Shown in pieces: positions 1 to 7,908 of a stretch of DNA of 64,000 nt. The position numbers and the translations under genes were made by a program. The notes beneath the pieces are model-generated. The model was not told the DNA's origin. It was given only the letters and a program-made list of their open reading frames with translations, and made no database searches. The stretch covers positions 1 to 64,000 of the IMG/VR virus record IMGVR_UViG_3300023242_000001. One strand, given 5' to 3'. The first letter of the stretch is position 1. The number at the start of each line of letters is the position of its first letter. This stretch comes from a virus.

Positions 1-81
<81 letters not shown>

Positions 82-190
82 AAGCCCCGTTCTAATACGT
101 GAGTTCTTAGCCTGCCAACCCTGCCGGGTTGGCAGCACTAAGGGTTTACCCTAATGGCACCCGATAGCGGGGCAAACTTCGATAGTGTCA

Positions 191-916
191 AGTGGCATTC
201 GTGCCATTGGACGCTAAGCGAGACGTTCTTTTAGGCTACAGACCCTCGCGGTATGTAGCCGATGCGATAGGTTAGCACTGTGCAGCGTGTTAGCCCGCTA
301 TTGTTAAGCCTCATACGTGAGGTTATACATGGTGGGTCGATAATGTGCCGCATACGCTGCTAACCGTCGGGTTTATATTTAGCGGGGAAAGTTTCCCATT
401 GATAACCGCTACCTTATGCCGAAAACACTCATTAGCAGTTGCAAGCGTTTGACGACCAAACACTAACCGTACTTATCATCCGTGGTATTAGGTTAGGACG
501 TTGACAAATGGGAGAACGTGGAGCAAAGCTAATACACCGACAATGTAACAGACAATTAATTGGCTATTGTCGGGAAGGGTTTCATATGTACCCAACGTAT
601 GCGTGAACCAGAATTACGTAAGTATTATGGATCTAGTGGCCGGGTAGATTAGGCCACACTATTTCCTTATCAGGTGTTTGATAGGGCGCTGCACTCACCG
701 CGACGGTGTGAGTGATGACAATTGCCTCAAGAATCGCAATGACGTATCCCGCGGGCGTCGAACAACCGCATAACGGCATGACTGGTGCCGCTTACCCCTG
801 ACCTATAGCCAGTCACGGTCAGGACGTTTCACGCCTGTAAAAACAGGCTTCGCTGGCGAGCAACGCAACCTGGTGGCCTCACCGCCACCAACCCCAGCTC
901 ACTGCAAGGCAGTGGG
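191..916 (+). ncRNA. Candidate large structured non-coding RNA or structured early leader
   Basis: No credible ORF, lower GC than the rest of the genome, about 15 consecutive or nested helices with G-U pairs and UUCG/UACG loops. Confidence 0.5.
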
Positions 917-960
917 CAAACCAAAGCCCCAAGGTTTCGGTTTGCCGTTTGGCATAGCCC

Positions 961-974
961 GGTGCGACTGCACC
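961..974 (+). promoter_or_regulatory. RAYT hairpin element, copy 1
   Basis: GGTGC-GACT-GCACC, GGAG 6 nt downstream, ATG 992. Confidence 0.8.
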
Positions 975-991
975 ATTTTTGGAGATTGACC

Positions 992-1240
992 ATGACCATG
1001 ACCATGACCAACCTTGAGCGCGACTACGCCTACTACACCGCTGCCTTTTCGGCCCAGCAGGCCGAACAGGACGCCTTCCACGCCGATTTCGGCCTGCCCC
1101 GCGTCGACCTTGCCTGGGACAGGGCTGTTGACCGGGAGGCTGTGCGCAGCCGGCCCTCCTGGGATGCCCAGAAGGCCGACTTCAAGGCCGACCTGGAGCG
1201 GCGGCAGTACGCTGCCGCCATTGGGCTGGCGCTGGCCTGA
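992..1240 (+). CDS. Hypothetical early protein
   Basis: ORF MTMTMTNLERD after GGAG. Confidence 0.7.
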   Translation: MTMTMTNLERDYAYYTAAFSAQQAEQDAFHADFGLPRVDLAWDRAVDREAVRSRPSWDAQKADFKADLERRQYAAAIGLALA

Positions 1241-1324
1241 CCCCTTGCCCCCGACAACGCCAACGTCTGGGGGCACACCATAGGCAATCCCACGCTTATG
1301 GTGTGCCGCTTTTGGTACTGACCC

Positions 1325-1338
1325 GGTGCGACTGCACC
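1325..1338 (+). promoter_or_regulatory. RAYT hairpin element, copy 2
   Basis: GGTGC-GACT-GCACC, GGAG 5 nt downstream, ATG 1354. Confidence 0.8.
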
Positions 1339-1353
1339 ATTTTGGAGTCCAAA

Positions 1354-1524
1354 ATGAAATACGTTTCCGCCTTCCTTATGCTCGTGGTCGGTCTGATTTG
1401 CATGACCGGGGCGTTTGTCTCCAGCGTGTTCCCGGCACCTGGCGACCCAGCTCCGATGCACCTAATGGTCGGGGCTGTCGTGGCCTTCATCATCGGGGCT
1501 GTGAGGGTCCGGCTGGAGGACTGA
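1354..1524 (+). CDS. Small membrane protein (2 TM)
   Basis: Two hydrophobic segments, GGAG RBS. Confidence 0.7.
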   Translation: MKYVSAFLMLVVGLICMTGAFVSSVFPAPGDPAPMHLMVGAVVAFIIGAVRVRLED

Positions 1525-1573
1525 ACCTGAACCCCGACAAGGTCTCTGACTGCGATCTTGACGCAGACGCAGA

Positions 1574-1876
1574 CCCCGACAACGTCACGGACAAGGGCCC
1601 CCATCAGAGACGTTGTCGGGGCTGGTGACGGGGCTGGTGACGTGCACGTGTGCCAAGAGTTTGGCGTTGTCGCCGGTGTGGTCGTTGACGGGGACCTGGA
1701 CCTGGACCCGGACCTGGACCTGGACCTGGACCCGGACCTGGACCTGGACAAGGTCGCTGACGTTGTCGGGGACGTTGTCGGGGACCTGGACCTGGACCTG
1801 GACCTGGACCTGGACCTGGACCTGGACCTGGACCTGGACCTGGACAAGGTCGCTGACGTTGTCGGGGACGTTGTCG
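1574..1876. repeat. Compound repeat: (GACCTG)n tracts plus CCCCGACAACGTC motifs in both orientations
   Basis: 9 hexamers 1693-1746, 10 hexamers 1783-1842, exact 34-bp repeat 1747-1780/1843-1876. Confidence 0.95.
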
Positions 1877-2016
1877 CAGAAAGTTTGAAAAGTCAGTGAG
1901 CGCTGACGTTGACGGGGGCAGGTCCGCGCCCATTTTCGGGGGTCTATTCCCACTGTGCATCGTGTCGGTGTGCAGTGGGAATCAACTTCGATTCGACCTC
2001 AATCTGGAGATAAAAC

Positions 2017-2409
2017 ATGAACACAAACAACACCACCATTACCCAAAGGTTCCACACCGTCTCAGAGGCGGTAGCCTGGCTTTACGAGGGGTCTGGCCTG
2101 TGGGTCGGTATCGGCGCTCAAGAGCAACTCGACCTGTACGACAGCTTGGAGGAAGCAGGGAGAGCCAGTTGGGGCGACCGCGTGGCAGTGGTGCGCGACA
2201 CGGTCGGGATCTGCCATGCCAGCTACGACAGGGGCCACACGCCCGAGTGGACGCTGAAGCAAACACCCACGGCGGTGTTGGCGGCAAAGTACAGCTGCAC
2301 CACCGAGGATGTGTGGTACCACTTCGATGGTAGATCCGAACAGTCTGGGGCAAAGTCACTGCGGATCTGGAGGGAAAACTGCGAGTGGGACGAAATGGCG
2401 GAAACCTAA
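2017..2409 (+). CDS. Hypothetical protein
   Basis: ORF with GGAG RBS, downstream of a 16-bp hairpin. Confidence 0.7.
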   Translation: MNTNNTTITQRFHTVSEAVAWLYEGSGLWVGIGAQEQLDLYDSLEEAGRASWGDRVAVVRDTVGICHASYDRGHTPEWTLKQTPTAVLAAKYSCTTEDVWYHFDGRSEQSGAKSLRIWRENCEWDEMAET

Positions 2410-2501
2410 CCCACCAGGGCCAAGTCTGGCCCGGTTTCAATTGCGTTCTCAACCCAGAGCGCATCTGAAACCCAAATTACGCACCAATCCGGTGCATAAC
2501 C

Positions 2502-2515
2502 GGCGCGACTGCGCC
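2502..2515 (+). promoter_or_regulatory. RAYT hairpin element, copy 3
   Basis: GGCGC-GACT-GCGCC before GGGAG, ATG 2536. Confidence 0.8.
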
Positions 2516-2535
2516 AATTTGAAGGGAGTCCACGC

Positions 2536-2742
2536 ATGGTTCACACCTGCACGATTGGGAAGATCAAGGTTTACCGGGGTTACGCACCCCTTGAGTGGCG
2601 CCTCGTGGCGCCGGACGGGGTCGCCACCACGGTCAGACACAGCGGCCAGATCGTGGACACGGCCCACCACCTGGAGTGGGTGTACGACTGCCGGATGCAG
2701 CAGGCGTACGGGATCCGCCAGCGTGCTGTGATCCGGCGGTGA
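2536..2742 (+). CDS. Hypothetical protein
   Basis: ORF with RBS. Confidence 0.65.
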   Translation: MVHTCTIGKIKVYRGYAPLEWRLVAPDGVATTVRHSGQIVDTAHHLEWVYDCRMQQAYGIRQRAVIRR

Positions 2743-2941
2743 CCACCTGACAACCGGGGTTAGTCCACCACGGGGCTAAGTTAGTGACCACTAACCAAGC
2801 GCCAAAACCCCCAAAAATTTGCGTGAAAAACGACCTTTTTCGTTGTTTTTCTGCGAATCCAGGCCATTCTGAGCCTGAAACCAGACCCCGACAACGTCGG
2901 GAACCATGCCCAAAGCCCGGCACACCCGAGCCAACCAACCC

Positions 2942-2955
2942 GCGCCAACTGGCGC
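2942..2955 (+). promoter_or_regulatory. RAYT hairpin element, copy 4
   Basis: GCGCC-AACT-GGCGC, 9 nt before ATG 2965, no GGAG. Confidence 0.7.
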
Positions 2956-2964
2956 CGCAAGACC

Positions 2965-3222
2965 ATGCTCTATTTAGTCAAGCGTCCGGACGATCCGAAC
3001 CATCCAACCCCGCTCTTCGTGCGCAGTGGGCGCGCCACCCCCAACCTGGTGAGTGCGATCAAGCGAGCGCACCGCCTGAAGGGGCGCGTGTACAGCTATG
3101 ACGGCGAAAGCCGTCTGGTTCAGGACTTCTGGGTGGCCCCAGAACTGAGCCCGATCAACCCCGGCAGCCGCGAGTACCGCCAGCAGCGGGCCATGGCAGC
3201 GCTGTTCGGCGTGCTGGCGTAA
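2965..3222 (+). CDS. Hypothetical protein
   Basis: ORF with phage-like codon usage. Confidence 0.65.
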   Translation: MLYLVKRPDDPNHPTPLFVRSGRATPNLVSAIKRAHRLKGRVYSYDGESRLVQDFWVAPELSPINPGSREYRQQRAMAALFGVLA

Positions 3223-3617
3223 ACCCAAGCCCGAGCCCGAGTCCGACTTGAGCGTCTGTATATCCTCGAAATCCAAGGGGCAGATGGGCAAGTTGGGTAA
3301 CCTTCTGGCCTAGCATGGTCTCAAGCTTTGAACTCTGCACTATGCAAAGTACAAGGAATTAGAAGAATACAAGAAAGGTATATTTATTAGACAGATTATA
3401 CAAAGGCTAGGGGATCTAGGCCGCATGAATCGCTTGCTCAAGCTTGAAGTTCTTGCGCAAGTTTGCTGCTTGTGCCCTAGACCCCCCTGCGGTTTTCCAG
3501 GTCGAGAAACAAATGAGGTACCCCGCAGGCCGCGTAAACACTCATTTCCCTGAAAATTGGCATCCTGGATGCTTTTCGAGCCAGGGGATAAACTGCACAA
3601 ATTTCGAGCCAAGCGCC

Positions 3618-4436
3618 ATGACCCTTCGCATCCACTGTTTACCGGGCTCAAACGAGCCCTACCCGGGCCCCAAAGCGGATCTTGTCGGGCGCGTCTACGG
3701 GCAGCTGACCGTTACCCGCCTGAAGGGCCGCAGCTCCAGCTCCGGGGCCGTGGTCTGGGAGACGACCTGCGACTGCGGTCAGCTCTCCGACGCCAGGGCC
3801 GGCGCCCTGACCTCGGGCAAGAAAACCAGCTGCGGGTGCACGCAATACCTGAAGCAGAGCCTGGCCAAGCGCAAGGCCCCTTCAGGGGGCCTCGTGGGCC
3901 ACACGTTTGGAAGGCTGACCGTGGTGGCCCGCCAAAGCTCCGTGAAAGCCGTCAACAAGGTGGTCTGGCAGTGCTTGTGCCAGTGTGGCCGAACCACGTA
4001 TGAGAGCCAAAGCACACTTGTGCCCGGCGGCGTGATCAGCTGTGGGTGCGAACCCCTGCCCGAGTCCAAAGCCCTGCCCAAACCCAAACCAGCGCCCAAG
4101 CCCACGTCCCTGACCATGCAGCAGGTCAATGCCTGGACCGAGATGTGGATGGCCTGCGCCGACCCGGCTGACCCCACCTACATGGTGGAACCCGGCTGGA
4201 CGCCATGCGCAGACCCCGACCCCGACCCAGCCAACCCGCGCCGCACATGCTGGCGCGACAGCGGCGACCAACTGCAAACCACGCGCCCCGACCTTGCCCC
4301 ACCCGCGCGGTGGCGAGACGTGCGTTTGTTTGCCGCTGACATGGGTGAGCCCGCAAGCGCGCTGCGCCGAATCGGCAGGCGCGACCAGAACCTGCCCCAC
4401 GGCCCCGGCAACTCATCCTGGGTAATCGGAAACTGA
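3618..4436 (+). CDS. HNH-endonuclease-related protein with two G-x-L-T-V...W-x-x-x-C-x-CG...SCGC domains and a degenerate nuclease motif
   Basis: DLVGRVYGQLTV..CDCG..SCGC and FGRLTV..WQCLCQCG..SCGC; start uncertain (3444-3618). Confidence 0.7.
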   Translation: MTLRIHCLPGSNEPYPGPKADLVGRVYGQLTVTRLKGRSSSSGAVVWETTCDCGQLSDARAGALTSGKKTSCGCTQYLKQSLAKRKAPSGGLVGHTFGRLTVVARQSSVKAVNKVVWQCLCQCGRTTYESQSTLVPGGVISCGCEPLPESKALPKPKPAPKPTSLTMQQVNAWTEMWMACADPADPTYMVEPGWTPCADPDPDPANPRRTCWRDSGDQLQTTRPDLAPPARWRDVRLFAADMGEPASALRRIGRRDQNLPHGPGNSSWVIGN

Positions 4437-4570
4437 CCCGCGGCCCACACAGGAAAGAGGCGTTGTCCTACAGACAAGCCCGAATACCTTCCGTCGGTTG
4501 ACCTAGACAAACGTAACAAACGTAAGAGGATGACAAGGTATGTAGGTGTTCCCCCTACATAATTCGGGCC

Positions 4571-4618
4571 GCACCAACTGGTGCATTAAGCAGAGTCCAA
4601 ACCCGCACCAACTGGTGC
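4571..4618 (+). promoter_or_regulatory. RAYT hairpin elements, copies 5-6 (tandem)
   Basis: GCACC-AACT-GGTGC at 4571-4584 and 4605-4618. Confidence 0.75.
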
Positions 4619-4927
4619 ACCCATCCCGAGTCCAACCCCACATGAAATCAGATACAAACTAATCACTGCCCCGCGTCAGCACGGGGACGTTTACCGGGAC
4701 CTGGAGGCCCTCCCCAGCGGGAGCGGCTATAGGCGCACATAGACCCCAGGACTCGGACTGTACGAAGCGTTGATACCGGCTGCGGCCGGGGCTTCGTGCT
4801 ACCTCCCAACCGGCGCCAGCCCGGCATGTACGCAAGCTGGCTTGACCGGAACCCCGACAACGTCACGACCAAGGCCCAAGACCCAAGACCTGGCCTTTGG
4901 CGTTGTCGGGTGACCTGCCCAAATTCC

Positions 4928-4963
4928 GTGCCAACTGGCACAAACCCGGCGCCAACTGGCGCC
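4928..4963 (+). promoter_or_regulatory. RAYT hairpin elements, copies 7-8 (tandem)
   Basis: GTGCC-AACT-GGCAC and GGCGCC-AACT-GGCGCC, GGAG 7 nt downstream, ATG 4981. Confidence 0.8.
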
Positions 4964-4980
4964 ACCAACTGGAGTTCAAC

Positions 4981-5352
4981 ATGAACGTCGCCGAGACCCT
5001 CGCCAAGCAAAAAGCCCTTGTACTGGATGCCCTCGTCAAGTTCCGGGATGACCCCCAAACTGTGAGAAGACCAGTGGGCATCTGCTCAAACCTCGCCTGG
5101 GAGCTGCACGGCGAGGTTGAACACGAGCAACGAACCAGGCTTGAGCGCTCGCTCTTCAAGGCTTGGCCGGAGTACTCCGGCCACCCGGATTACCCGGTGC
5201 CCTCCGAAGGCTGTGACCCGGCGAGGGCCTACAACAACACCGATGACCAGTGGGACCCCGACAGCGCCTATGGCGCTGCCCGCTGGCGCCTGCTCGCCTT
5301 CATGATTTCGGAGTTGACCCGTGACGCCCACACCGCAAAGGAACCAGCATGA
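4981..5352 (+). CDS. Hypothetical protein
   Basis: ORF MNVAETLAK after GGAG. Confidence 0.75.
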   Translation: MNVAETLAKQKALVLDALVKFRDDPQTVRRPVGICSNLAWELHGEVEHEQRTRLERSLFKAWPEYSGHPDYPVPSEGCDPARAYNNTDDQWDPDSAYGAARWRLLAFMISELTRDAHTAKEPA

Positions 5353-5760
5353 CCATCCTTGACAACCTGCGCCTGGCGCACACCGTGATCTCGGCAGTCC
5401 CCGATGCGGCGCTTGACCTGCGGCAGTACAAGACGGAGTGCGGCACGATTGCCTGCGTCGCCGGGCACTTGGCCGGGCACCCGCACTTTGCCCCATTCGT
5501 GAGGCTGGAACTGACCCACGACGACGGTGTCGGGAGTTACAGCCTGCGAACGCAGGACTACGTCGCCCTGAACTTCAACTTCGGGCCGGCCGCCTTTGGC
5601 TCGATGTTTGCCCAGCGCGGGTGGGGGCGCTTCGACAGGCGGCACCCCGACAGGGTCTACGACCACGAGGAGGGGGAGTACCACGTCCACCCCCCGCGTC
5701 AGCGACAAGGAACTCGCCCTGTGGCGCATCGAGCGCCAGATCGAGGAGGTGTTGAAGTGA
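5349..5760 (+). CDS. Hypothetical protein, apparently frameshifted at the C6 run 5690-5695
   Basis: CGTIACVAG motif; a natural-looking C-terminus VSDKELALWRIERQIEEVLK* lies in the shifted frame. Confidence 0.55.
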
Positions 5761-5915
5761 CCCACCTTGACCAACTGCTGGCCCAGCACGGCCAGGCCCG
5801 CAAGGCCTTCTACCAAGCACCGACACCGTCGCTGGGAGCGACCCTGAAGCGCCTTGAGGGCCAAATCAAATACGAGCGGCGCGCCGCTCGCAAACCCGCC
5901 CCGACTGGGGCATGA
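5757..5915 (+). CDS. Small hypothetical protein
   Basis: GAGGAGG RBS, GTG start overlapping TGA. Confidence 0.55.
   Translation: MTHLDQLLAQHGQARKAFYQAPTPSLGATLKRLEGQIKYERRAARKPAPTGA
5898..5911 (+). promoter_or_regulatory. RAYT hairpin element, copy 9
   Basis: GCCCC-GACT-GGGGC, GGAG 7 nt downstream, GTG 5929. Confidence 0.85.
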
Positions 5916-5928
5916 ACTGGAGTTCAAA

Positions 5929-6312
5929 GTGAGTCACCCAATACCCAACAAATCTGAGGGCATCAAATGCCCCGTGCACCTCAGCGACAAGAACTACCTG
6001 TGCGGGGCAGACGGCGGGCTGATCTGCAGGCTCGTGGAGGCCACGGACGCCGAGATGCGCGAGATCGTCGAAGCGTTGAACACGCCCCCGGTATCTGTCG
6101 AGCTCAACACCGCCGTGTTGAAGCGCACCCTCGGCTCGATGCTGCGTACAAACGACATCAAGCCCAAAAGCGCGACCGGTCGCAAGATGATCCTCGCGTT
6201 CTGGTATGGCGCGATCACCCAGTCGGGGCGAGAAGCGCCGGCCGGCGTGGCGATATGCCTGTTGATAGGGCGCCACGAAGAGCTTGTCGATATGGGGGCG
6301 GGCGATGTCTGA
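5929..6312 (+). CDS. Hypothetical protein
   Basis: GTG start after the element RBS. Confidence 0.65.
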   Translation: MSHPIPNKSEGIKCPVHLSDKNYLCGADGGLICRLVEATDAEMREIVEALNTPPVSVELNTAVLKRTLGSMLRTNDIKPKSATGRKMILAFWYGAITQSGREAPAGVAICLLIGRHEELVDMGAGDV

Positions 6313-6937
6313 ACTCACACGACTTAACGGCGAGCAACTCAGGGAAATCGCCCTGGTGCTGGAGAACGACGGGGCCTTTTACAAGTCCTTTCCCTGCGCC
6401 ATCAACACGGCAAGTTCCAAGCGCGACGCTATCAACGACGCGTGCACCCGACTTCATCGTCGGGACGAATTGGGCGTGCCGCTCCCCGACAAGTACAGCC
6501 GCGAAATCCTGAGGCGCTACTTCACCGCCCGCTGGGACCTGAGCAAAGTCGAAGGCGACGACACCTTTCAGCATCGCGCCTGCAACAACTTCTGGGAGGG
6601 CGAGCCCACCCTCGCCGAGACTGAACTCAGGGACCACCTGAGTGACGTCAAAACCCTCGTCGACTCGATCGACAAACTCTGTTCCCTGCCTTTCACCACC
6701 ACCAAGGAAATCACCATGAACGCACACATCGAAATCACCACCGTCACCCTCGTCAACGGCGCCGACGTCAGCAAGATGACGGACGCAACCATCTACGGCT
6801 TGATCGCCTCCGAGGAGGGCAAGATCAAGGAACTGGACGCGATCCAGAACAAGCCCAAGCGCCTGCTTGCCGAGATTGTGAAACGCCAGGGGGGCATCGC
6901 CGCGCTGGTGAATTACCTCGACAGCAAGGAGGTCTGA
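6305..6937 (+). CDS. Hypothetical protein (possible internal start at 6716)
   Basis: ORF; internal AAGGA..ATG. Confidence 0.7.
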   Translation: MSELTRLNGEQLREIALVLENDGAFYKSFPCAINTASSKRDAINDACTRLHRRDELGVPLPDKYSREILRRYFTARWDLSKVEGDDTFQHRACNNFWEGEPTLAETELRDHLSDVKTLVDSIDKLCSLPFTTTKEITMNAHIEITTVTLVNGADVSKMTDATIYGLIASEEGKIKELDAIQNKPKRLLAEIVKRQGGIAALVNYLDSKEV

Positions 6938-6992
6938 GATGCTCACGCACCAGGCGATGTTCGACATCACTTGGTGCGCTGACCCACAACCC

Positions 6993-7006
6993 GCCCCGAC
7001 TGGGGC
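6993..7006 (+). promoter_or_regulatory. RAYT hairpin element, copy 10
   Basis: GCCCC-GACT-GGGGC; lies in a 36-bp exact repeat of 5893-5928. Confidence 0.85.
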
Positions 7007-7025
7007 ATGAACTGGAGTTCAAACC

Positions 7026-7259
7026 ATGACCCACTGCTACCTGCGAACGGGGGGCGACGCGCTCGAAGACGCCGTCGCCTACCTCACCATCGGCGCCGCC
7101 GTGCGCGACTTCGAGGCCACCGCGCGAGAGCTTGACGGGTACGGCCAGCGCATCGATGCCAGCGTCCACATCGCCGCCAACTTCGAGGAGCTGGGCGAGT
7201 ACCCCGACATCGTCCTGAGCCTGGGCCCGCGCGGCGGGCTGCGCAAGGAGGCGGCATGA
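7026..7259 (+). CDS. Hypothetical protein
   Basis: ORF ending GPRGGLRKEAA. Confidence 0.7.
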   Translation: MTHCYLRTGGDALEDAVAYLTIGAAVRDFEATARELDGYGQRIDASVHIAANFEELGEYPDIVLSLGPRGGLRKEAA

Positions 7260-7323
7260 ACTGCACCGTGGCCAAACGAAACCAAGACGCCGTCGACTTG
7301 ATGCGTCGCACAAGGAGTACCAA

Positions 7324-7554
7324 ATGATGAAATCGAGAAGCAACCTGACCGCGTCGCTTGCAGCGCTGGTGGCACTCTCCGCGCTGGCCAGCGCGGTGTC
7401 AGACAGCGCAGGCTATGTGCCGCCCAAACGCCAAAGCAAGCGCAAGCCAACTGTGCGCGGGCAGATCCTGGAGCAGGGTCTGGAGGTGCAGGAGTGGAAC
7501 GCAGCGGTCCAGGCCAAGCGTGACGCCAAGCTGGCGCGCAAGGGGCGGGCATGA
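7324..7554 (+). CDS. Hypothetical protein
   Basis: AAGGAG RBS. Confidence 0.6.
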   Translation: MMKSRSNLTASLAALVALSALASAVSDSAGYVPPKRQSKRKPTVRGQILEQGLEVQEWNAAVQAKRDAKLARKGRA

Positions 7555-7907
7555 CTGAGCGCGAACGCTTCGAGGCGTGGGCGCTGGCCCACGGCGAGAC
7601 CGGCGACTACAAGAACACCCGCGCAGTCCTTGTCTGGATCGGCTGGCAGGCCGCGATGGCAAGCGGGGTACACCGCCCGGACCTTGCCAACGCGCCGACA
7701 GGCCAAATCCGCCTGAACACCGACAAGACCGTGGTGGTCGACAAGGGCTACCACTACCGAAAGATCGACGCCACCACCCAGCGCGGCGGCAAGCTCCAGC
7801 TTGTGAACCGCTACGCCGGCGTGGCAGCTTACGGCAACTACAACCCGGCATACGACTTCTGGACGCATTACGCGCCGCTGCCGACGTTTGACCCCAAGGA
7901 GGCCTGA
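7551..7907 (+). CDS. Hypothetical protein
   Basis: ERERFEAWA..WIGWQAA N-terminus typical of phage accessory proteins. Confidence 0.7.
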   Translation: MTERERFEAWALAHGETGDYKNTRAVLVWIGWQAAMASGVHRPDLANAPTGQIRLNTDKTVVVDKGYHYRKIDATTQRGGKLQLVNRYAGVAAYGNYNPAYDFWTHYAPLPTFDPKEA

Positions 7908-7908
7908 G

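Noticed and set aside
501-535. Sigma70 promoter at TTGACA 501-506
   Set aside because: No acceptable -10 hexamer at 16-18 bp spacing
191-916. Group I or group II intron, or tmRNA
   Set aside because: No recognisable P7 or domain V catalytic motifs, no tRNA-like ends and no interrupted gene
1296-1960. SR-, DL-, QV-, PG- and WT-dipeptide ORFs
   Set aside because: All frames are open only because of the GACCTG hexamer; there is no convincing RBS, so the region is treated as non-coding repeat
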